In this document: positions 6,015 through 11,798 of the stretch, piece after piece
Layout of the letters: each line of letters opens with the position of its first letter
Numbering within the stretch: position 1 is the first letter of the stretch
Source of the DNA: a virus
Taxonomy: Monodnaviria > Loebvirae > Hofneiviricota > Faserviricetes > Tubulavirales > Inoviridae
Length of the DNA: 11,798 bases
Reading direction: 5' to 3' (one strand)
IMG/VR virus record: IMGVR_UViG_2667527584_000001
Coordinates: 1 to 11,798 of that record
The notes under the pieces: generated by a model
The model's input: only the letters and a program-made list of their open reading frames with translations
The model's database searches: none
Told to the model about the DNA's origin: nothing
Translations under genes and position numbers: made by a program

Positions 6015-7727
6015 ATGGAAATTGGGTTCCCTTTTATGGGGGATCGTCTCAGCTTATGTCGTTATTCTTGGGCTAAGAGGCTGACGGTTTATTCCTTTAT
6101 TTTTTCCTTTCTCTGGGTTTCCTTTCCCCGATATTCATATTCATTTGTACCAGCAATTGCAGCAGTGGCTGCGCGGGCTGTTATTCCTAAAGTCGTTGGC
6201 CGGGTGCTTGTTCGTCGCTTTGCTGCCAATGATGCGATTTATACGGCATCACAGCTTACAGCAACCCGTGTTTTTGTTGGCCGCGCTGCGGCTAATGCTG
6301 CCGAATACTTGCCTGCTGCCTCATCATACAAAATGAGCGGTGTTGCAACGTGGGCGGGTATTGCTGCTGCTGTATCATCTTTTGTTCCGTCTTCTTTGAG
6401 TTCATCTGACGGCTCGGTAATGGTAATGACTAACGGTAAAAAGATTTCCGATAATTTATATGAAGTAACGTACAGTGGTCAAAGTGGTGAAAGTAAGACG
6501 ATAACCGTTAATTTTGAACCACAGGAATTAAGTCCGGTAATCCTTCATGTTAGTCGTAATAATGTGGATGAGGGTTCTCCAGTTGTAGGTGTTGAAACAG
6601 GATATTCCACGCCAGATAATGCACTTTATTATTATCAGGATTCGAAAGAGCTAATTTATTACTATGGTGATAATCCAACTGAAATTGCCAGAAATTATCT
6701 TAATGACTATAACTCGCGTACTTATACTGAAACACTAACAAATTTTGAACGCACTGTGACGAATAAAGTTGTCAACAGTAATGGAGATGTATCCTTTACT
6801 GAACAGAATTATAAGTTTACTTATCCTTCCTCATTTTATGAAATACCTGAGATTACACACTTGTATAGCAACCCGGCCGCATCTTCATTTCCCGCAGGTA
6901 TTCCCATGTATGAAAATGTAGCAGGGCTTCCCATGTATTACAGCGTTGCTTATTTAACAGCAGGCAAGCAATATCAGTATCACAACACGCCTTGTAAAAC
7001 GACTAATCAGTCAAATGGTGGATATTCGACGATTTGCGCCGTTCCTGAAAAAGAGGATTACACCGCAAAAGATATTGATGAAAAGAGTGAGCTTACTATC
7101 TGGACCAATACCAAATATAAAGCCATGACGGAAGTACTGGAGGCCGGAAATATTGAGTCCATGATTGATTATCTGGAGTATCTTGATAGTGTTAGTGTAT
7201 CGCCAGCACTTCTTGCCGACATGATTAACGAGCTGTGGTCTGAAGCTGCCGTTAATGCCGATTATAACGGCTTACCGTTTAAAGAGGTTTCACCGGCTGA
7301 AGTAACTTCTGCGATGTCGGAACTTAGGCTATCTCCAACGTTATTAGATATGCTTTCACCTGTATCTGACAGTGCAGGGGCTGACGTCAATATTGATATT
7401 ACCATTAATAACAACTCAGGATCTGACACTGGAAATAATGGCAATATAGATTTGGGAGAAGATCCCGGTGTAAAAGAGCCTGAGCTTGAAGAAACGCCAA
7501 CGGCAAGAGATATTTTAACGCCAATTATTAACTTGTTGCCTTTTACAAACGAATTTAACATCGGCTCTCGTTCAGCATCCTGCCCCGTTGTTGAATTCAG
7601 CGTGTTTAATCACCAGTACAGAATTGACTCCCATTGTCCGTTAATTGAGCAGAACAGAAGCGCCGTAGAAACCATATTTCTGATTATATGGGGATTTGTT
7701 GCGCTCCGTATTATTCTGAGTGCCTAA
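6015..7727 (+). CDS. Putative adsorption / minor coat protein (gpIII-like); start codon uncertain
   Basis: Long ORF in the gIII position with a C-terminal hydrophobic anchor (VETIFLIIWGFVALRIILSA) and a Gly/Ser/Asn-rich linker-like region (NNNSGSDTGNNGNIDLGEDPG). In-frame alternative starts exist at 6036 and 6333. The 5' part overlaps a small ORF at 6001-6087 in another frame and a pyrimidine-rich tract. Confidence 0.5.
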   Translation: MEIGFPFMGDRLSLCRYSWAKRLTVYSFIFSFLWVSFPRYSYSFVPAIAAVAARAVIPKVVGRVLVRRFAANDAIYTASQLTATRVFVGRAAANAAEYLPAASSYKMSGVATWAGIAAAVSSFVPSSLSSSDGSVMVMTNGKKISDNLYEVTYSGQSGESKTITVNFEPQELSPVILHVSRNNVDEGSPVVGVETGYSTPDNALYYYQDSKELIYYYGDNPTEIARNYLNDYNSRTYTETLTNFERTVTNKVVNSNGDVSFTEQNYKFTYPSSFYEIPEITHLYSNPAASSFPAGIPMYENVAGLPMYYSVAYLTAGKQYQYHNTPCKTTNQSNGGYSTICAVPEKEDYTAKDIDEKSELTIWTNTKYKAMTEVLEAGNIESMIDYLEYLDSVSVSPALLADMINELWSEAAVNADYNGLPFKEVSPAEVTSAMSELRLSPTLLDMLSPVSDSAGADVNIDITINNNSGSDTGNNGNIDLGEDPGVKEPELEETPTARDILTPIINLLPFTNEFNIGSRSASCPVVEFSVFNHQYRIDSHCPLIEQNRSAVETIFLIIWGFVALRIILSA

Positions 7728-7739
7728 AGGAGTGCAACT

Positions 7740-8027
7740 ATGTTTGGGATTCTGATTAGTGCATTAAATACTTTGTTAGGTTTTGTATTCCGGTCATTGA
7801 TTATTAAATTCGTCGTATTCTTTGCGCTGTATTTTGTAGTCCAGGGCTTCGTTGAAATCCTTGTTGAGTTACTGCCAGATTCAAGCAATCTCTCATCGCT
7901 GTTTGCCAATTTATCAGACGGATTCTGGTACTTCATTAACCTGAGTAAATTACCACAGGGGATTAGTATGATTATCTCCGCAATGGCTACTCGTTTTATT
8001 ATTCGACGTATTCCTGTTATAGGGTGA
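7740..8027 (+). CDS. Putative minor coat protein (gpVI-like), hydrophobic, 95 aa
   Basis: Highly hydrophobic small protein directly after the gIII-like gene, with an AAGGAG Shine-Dalgarno 7 nt upstream. Synteny matches gVI. Confidence 0.6.
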   Translation: MFGILISALNTLLGFVFRSLIIKFVVFFALYFVVQGFVEILVELLPDSSNLSSLFANLSDGFWYFINLSKLPQGISMIISAMATRFIIRRIPVIG

Positions 8028-8030
8028 GTT

Positions 8031-9056
8031 ATGGCTATTTCTGCATATATTGGCATACCCGGCTCAGGAAAAAGTTATGAAGCCGTTTGCAATGTCATTA
8101 TTCCAGCATTTACCAGCGGCCGGAGAGTTGTGACGAACATTTATGGTTTACAAAAAGATAAAATCACCGAACGTTATCCTGATGCAACGGGAGAAATTAT
8201 TGTTGTGGATAATGATGATGTGCTTAAAGCAGATTTCTTTCCTTTTAAAGGTGGGGAAGGGAGCTTTTGCCAGTTTGGTGATTTAATTGTTATTGATGAA
8301 GCATGGCGAATCTTCGGTAGCGATAAGGATATGACGGCTGAGAAGAAATCATTTATTGCTGAACATCGTCATTTTACGCACCCTGAAACGGGTATTAGCT
8401 GTGATTTGGTTATTGTAAATCAGTCACTTTCTAATATTGCTCGCTTTCTGAAAGACAAAATAGAAACAACTTACCGGATGCGCAAGCTGAAAGCGTTAGG
8501 CCTGAATAATCATTACTGCATTGACGTATATTCAGGCCACAAAATCTATAAAAGCAACCTCGTCACCAGTTATCGCAATAAATATAACCCTGATATTTTT
8601 GAACTTTACAAAAGCTATGAAGGAAATAACGGTAATGAAAAGCAGACAGATAAACGCCAGAGCATCTGGAATTCTGGCAAAGTCAGGTTCTTTCTTGTGC
8701 TTTTTCCATTGATGTTTATCGGGTCAGGCTGGCTGATTTACTCATTTTTCAGCACGTTTGGCCGAAGCGATCCCTCTCCAGATTTGACTACAACAGATGT
8801 ACGTGATGCGGCCATGTTTCGTTCTTCCGCTGTTACTCCAGCATCAGATACTCCCTCAGAACCAGCTGAACCGCCACTTTCAACCGAGTGGCGTATATCA
8901 GGGAGAATGACCAGTGAAGGCAGGGCGTTTGTGATTCTTGTTAACGGTGCCGGTGTTTTGCGTGCCGTTCCTGCATCCAGTTTTAATTACAAAGGGATGT
9001 TGATGAGCGGAATTATTGATGGTGAGCGTGTGACGCTTTATACGGGGAAAAAATAA
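8031..9056 (+). CDS. Phage assembly ATPase (gpI / Zot-family)
   Basis: Walker A GIPGSGKS near the N-terminus, Walker B-like LIVIDEAW, and one TM segment (FFLVLFPLMFIGSGWLIYSFF), as in gpI/Zot proteins. It precedes the secretin gene. Confidence 0.85.
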   Translation: MAISAYIGIPGSGKSYEAVCNVIIPAFTSGRRVVTNIYGLQKDKITERYPDATGEIIVVDNDDVLKADFFPFKGGEGSFCQFGDLIVIDEAWRIFGSDKDMTAEKKSFIAEHRHFTHPETGISCDLVIVNQSLSNIARFLKDKIETTYRMRKLKALGLNNHYCIDVYSGHKIYKSNLVTSYRNKYNPDIFELYKSYEGNNGNEKQTDKRQSIWNSGKVRFFLVLFPLMFIGSGWLIYSFFSTFGRSDPSPDLTTTDVRDAAMFRSSAVTPASDTPSEPAEPPLSTEWRISGRMTSEGRAFVILVNGAGVLRAVPASSFNYKGMLMSGIIDGERVTLYTGKK

Positions 9057-10300
9057 TGAAAAAGATTTTACTCGCATTAACGCTACTATTTTCTTCATGT
9101 GCTTTCGCAGGGTCAGAGCTTGAATTAAATAAAGTCAAGCTACCGGAGGCTATTTCTCTTATTTACAGTGAGGTGCTTAAAGTCCCGTATATGCTAGATC
9201 CACAGCTTGTTAATGATGAACGAATGATTACATTCAGGTTAACACCTGATATTGATGAACGGGAATTTGTAACCCGTTATCTTGGCAATATGAACATTCG
9301 AATATGGACGAAAAAGGGTGTTGATTTTATCGCGCCCTATACGCCGAAAGAGCCGGTTAAGCCACGTTATACATGGACTTATACGCCTCAGTACCGCTCT
9401 GTTGCCTACCTGTCTGATATTCTTGGCGGCTACGTTTCAGGCTCCTTCAATAACAGTGGAGCCGTGATTTCTGACGATTCGCTAAAAGGTTCATCAGGGG
9501 CAAGCAACTACATCAATCGAACCGGTGATATTCTGGTTTATTATGGTACGAAAGAGGATATCGCCATCCTGAAAACACTGGTCACTTCGCTGGATACGAT
9601 GAGTGATGAAGTGGTTGTTTCTGGTTATGTTTTTGAGGTTCAGACCTCGCAGTCTGACGGCTCCGGCATTCTTTTAGCGGCTAAAATTCTGTCTGATAAA
9701 TTCAATATTTCAGTTGGTGCTGCCGGACTGGATAATTTTATCAATATTCGAACCGGCTCCATTGATGCCATTTTCAATCTGCTGAAAACCGACAGTCGTT
9801 TTACTGTTGTCAGTGCGCCACGACTGCGGGTAAAAAATAATGCCTCAGCGTCTTTTTCAGTCGGCTCTGATGTGCCAGTACTGGGCAGTGTTACGGTGAA
9901 TAACAATACGACAACGCAATCCGTTGAATATCGTTCCAGCGGTGTTTTGTTTAACGTGACGCCATCAATCAAAAGTCGGACAATGGATCTCAAGATTCAG
10001 CAGCAGCTTTCCAACTTTGTGACCACTGAAACCGGCGTCAATAACTCGCCAACCCTTATCAAGCGTGATGTAACAACCGAAGTCAGCCTTGCAGATGGTG
10101 ATATTATTTTACTTGGTGGCCTTGCTGAACAGAAAGACAGTAAGGCCAGTTCCGGCTGGAGCTTCTTCGGTTCCCGTACCAGTGAAAGCAACAAGACTGA
10201 TATTATGGTGATGCTTCAGGTCAGAAAGGTTGACCGGAGCAGGGCGACGCCCCGCAGCGCCGCGAGGAGCGGTGAACTGTTCCGGGACAACCTGAACTGA
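9056..10300 (+). CDS. Phage secretin (gpIV-like outer-membrane export channel)
   Basis: Signal peptide MKKILLALTLLFSSCAFA, and a C-terminal secretin-like region (DGDIILLGGLAEQ...TDIMVMLQVRKV). The start overlaps the gI stop (TAATG). The last about 22 codons are GC-rich and look like an atypical tail. Confidence 0.8.
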   Translation: MKKILLALTLLFSSCAFAGSELELNKVKLPEAISLIYSEVLKVPYMLDPQLVNDERMITFRLTPDIDEREFVTRYLGNMNIRIWTKKGVDFIAPYTPKEPVKPRYTWTYTPQYRSVAYLSDILGGYVSGSFNNSGAVISDDSLKGSSGASNYINRTGDILVYYGTKEDIAILKTLVTSLDTMSDEVVVSGYVFEVQTSQSDGSGILLAAKILSDKFNISVGAAGLDNFINIRTGSIDAIFNLLKTDSRFTVVSAPRLRVKNNASASFSVGSDVPVLGSVTVNNNTTTQSVEYRSSGVLFNVTPSIKSRTMDLKIQQQLSNFVTTETGVNNSPTLIKRDVTTEVSLADGDIILLGGLAEQKDSKASSGWSFFGSRTSESNKTDIMVMLQVRKVDRSRATPRSAARSGELFRDNLN

Positions 10301-10388
10301 TTGTATGGATTTTTATTATGGCGTTAACTTTTATGGGGTATGAACAGTACGACATCTTCTAGGTATTCAGTTACTTAGAGGATTTATT

Positions 10389-10637
10389 ATGTCTGTAAAA
10401 AATAAGGCGCGTGACCGACTTCCCGGTGGCCGCCTTAAGTCTTATCGTCGTGTAGGTTCACATTTTGCCAGTTGTGCCAGATGGTTTGATAAATCGCCGT
10501 CCTGGTATCGCAATATGATGATGACCAGGCCTGAGCGCCGTGAAGTCAGAAGGCTTCTCAATCAGGTAATGCGTGGTCATGATGCTGACGGCATTGCTTT
10601 TCCGGTCAGTCATCGTCCGTTTGTTTATTGGTGGTGA
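10389..10637 (+). CDS. Hypothetical basic 82-aa protein ending in YWW
   Basis: Intact ORF on the phage operon strand. It is visibly more GC-rich than the neighbouring phage genes. No family recognised. Confidence 0.45.
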   Translation: MSVKNKARDRLPGGRLKSYRRVGSHFASCARWFDKSPSWYRNMMMTRPERREVRRLLNQVMRGHDADGIAFPVSHRPFVYWW

Positions 10638-10821
10638 ATTTCGTACGCACGAAATTTCACGCATAAACACCAGACAAAAAATCGTTAACTGTCTGTTTTG
10701 AAAGATAACGCCGGTCAGTGACAAAACTTGTTTTGTTGCTGTCCGGGGTTGGCCAAGCCGTACAGTTTCCATTTTCAGCGTTATGGCTGATTCGGCGCGG
10801 CAGCATTCATCGGGGCTTATC

Positions 10822-11031
10822 ATGGAAAAATTCATGACACATCAGGAGCTGAAAGTGATGCTTCTCAAAGATCCAGCATTCCGGGCTGCTTATGAAGCTG
10901 AGAGCCAGAACCCGCAATCCGGTTACCAGATTATCCGGCATCATGGTGATGGCACTGAAGAAGTGGTGTTTGATTCTCGTGTATCAGGTACAGATTTACC
11001 AACTAACTGGATGAACAGGCCTGATTGGTGA
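10822..11031 (+). CDS. Hypothetical small protein (about 69 aa from ATG 10822; the track ORF begins at 10783)
   Basis: ORF on the operon strand. ATG 10822 has a G-rich Shine-Dalgarno-like sequence upstream, whereas 10783 has none. A further in-frame ATG lies at 10834. Confidence 0.4.
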   Translation: MEKFMTHQELKVMLLKDPAFRAAYEAESQNPQSGYQIIRHHGDGTEEVVFDSRVSGTDLPTNWMNRPDW

Positions 11032-11171
11032 GGTCAGGCCGTTCACTTACTGCTGACAGACATTTGATTCTGATTCGTTTGGAGAAACGGATAACGTAGA
11101 ATCACCATTGATAGTAGCCAGTTGACGGCCAGTGTCAACGATTCCCGCCAGATTCTGCCATCCTTACCATT

Positions 11172-11199
11172 GGTGCGCATAATGTATATTATGTTAAAT
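11172..11199 (+). other. dif: Chromosomal dif site (XerC arm GGTGCGCATAA, central TGTATA, XerD arm TTATGTTAAAT); putative prophage attR
   Basis: Exact 28-bp match to the canonical E. coli dif sequence as I recall it. In E. coli K-12, dif lies just downstream of hipA, which fits the element having inserted there. Confidence 0.9.
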
Positions 11200-11306
11200 T
11201 GCCTGTGAAGGTCCTTTACTTCACCATTCACATCCACACACAGATAAATCAATACGTTGTGATTTCTGACTTCCCTCCCGTTTCGGTAGAAAAATTCAAC
11301 CTCTGT

Positions 11307-11798
11307 TCAGTGATGGCACACCATAGACCATGAGTTGGATACTTGCGTTGGATATAACGCAAAAGGTAATTTAGCGATCTGTTCATCAGTCAGGTTGGCA
11401 TCACCGGAGTAAAGCACTTCGCTACCGGCGACTTCCTGAGCTCGTGCATCTGAAGCCTGCTTAAGACGTTGTTGAATAGTATCCAACTGTGAATCCTGCA
11501 TACCATTGCGCCGTACAAGTCCTGAATTAAACATGCTAATGGTTGCAATCGATTTGAATCGTTTGTCCGTCTCGGCGGCAGCAAGTGAATACCCTCCTCC
11601 CCCGCAAATCCCCAACAAACCAATACGGGTGCTATCAACACCAGGATACTGGCTGATGAAATCAGCCATACCGTGGATATCTTCAATACGATTCGCAGGT
11701 TTATCCACGTTACGTGGCACCCCACCGCTAGCCCCCTGATAAGCTGCATCGGCGGTAACAGTAATATAGCCATGCTCAGCAAGGCGCTGCGCATACAA
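11307..11798 (-). CDS. Alpha/beta-hydrolase (dienelactone-hydrolase-like) protein, partial; 5' end runs off the window
   Basis: A nucleophile-elbow-like GICGGGG (G-x-C-x-G) is present. The ORF reaches the window edge and its first codon there is TTG, so the true start is probably beyond the window. Confidence 0.65.
   Translation of the reverse strand: MYAQRLAEHGYITVTADAAYQGASGGVPRNVDKPANRIEDIHGMADFISQYPGVDSTRIGLLGICGGGGYSLAAAETDKRFKSIATISMFNSGLVRRNGMQDSQLDTIQQRLKQASDARAQEVAGSEVLYSGDANLTDEQIAKLPFALYPTQVSNSWSMVCHH

Larger units (their letters stand above)
1658..11199. mobile_element. Integrated filamentous prophage (inovirus-like) at dif, about 9.5 kb
   Basis: A full inovirus gene set (rep, gV-like, gVIII, gIII, gVI, gI/Zot, gIV secretin) plus repressor, bounded by direct dif-like sites. 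No integrase gene is present, which fits host XerCD-mediated integration. Confidence 0.8.

Noticed and set aside
6145-6336. Track ORF 6145..6336(+), TTG-initiated, in the 5' region of the gIII-like gene
   Set aside because: Non-ATG start with no Shine-Dalgarno; treated as an alternative frame of the ambiguous gIII 5' region.
7262-8056. Track ORFs 7262..7561(-) and 7724..8056(-) antisense to gIII-like and gVI-like
   Set aside because: They are nested antisense to the co-directional, tightly packed morphogenesis operon.
8521-9098. Track ORFs 8521..8712(+) and 8898..9098(-) within gI/Zot
   Set aside because: They lie inside a gene supported by Walker A and B motifs and are off-frame or antisense.
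9640-10194. Track ORFs 9640..9993(-) and 9997..10194(-) antisense to the secretin gene
   Set aside because: Nested in the secretin coding region with no independent signals.
10458-10835. Track ORF 10458..10835(-), 125 aa, antisense to the two small + strand ORFs
   Set aside because: Opposite to the operon direction and overlapping both small ORFs and the hairpin. It cannot be fully excluded without expression data.
11043-11252. Track ORF 11043..11252(-), 69 aa, spanning dif
   Set aside because: It reads straight through the 28-bp dif site and the att-flanking region; most likely a chance ORF in AT-rich DNA.
11390-11794. Track ORFs 11390..11794(-) and 11506..11739(+) overlapping the hydrolase gene
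   Set aside because: They are alternative frames of a region where the frame at 11307..11798(-) carries a recognisable alpha/beta-hydrolase nucleophile motif.
1-11798. CRISPR arrays, tRNA or rRNA genes, IS elements or transposases
   Set aside because: No regularly spaced direct repeats, no tRNA-like cloverleaf candidates and no transposase- or integrase-like ORFs were seen on reading both strands.

Overview
The window runs from the chromosomal hipBA toxin-antitoxin locus into an integrated filamentous (inovirus-like) prophage of about 9.5 kb inserted at the chromosomal dif site, and ends in a partial alpha/beta-hydrolase gene. The prophage is bounded by a degenerate dif-like site at 1658-1690 and a perfect 28-bp E. 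coli-type dif at 11172-11199. It has a leftward operon (HTH repressor, 4-TM membrane protein, 264-aa PD-(D/E)xK-like protein, 88-aa protein) and a rightward replication/morphogenesis operon (gII-like Rep, gV-like, gVIII-like major coat, gIII-like, gVI-like, gI/Zot-like ATPase, gIV secretin, two small ORFs). The best candidate for an undescribed system is the AT-rich two-gene cargo module at 1768-2839, possibly with the membrane protein at 2907-3329. All calls come from reading the ORF translations and the sequence by eye; no database search or computation was run. No rRNA, tRNA or CRISPR array was seen.
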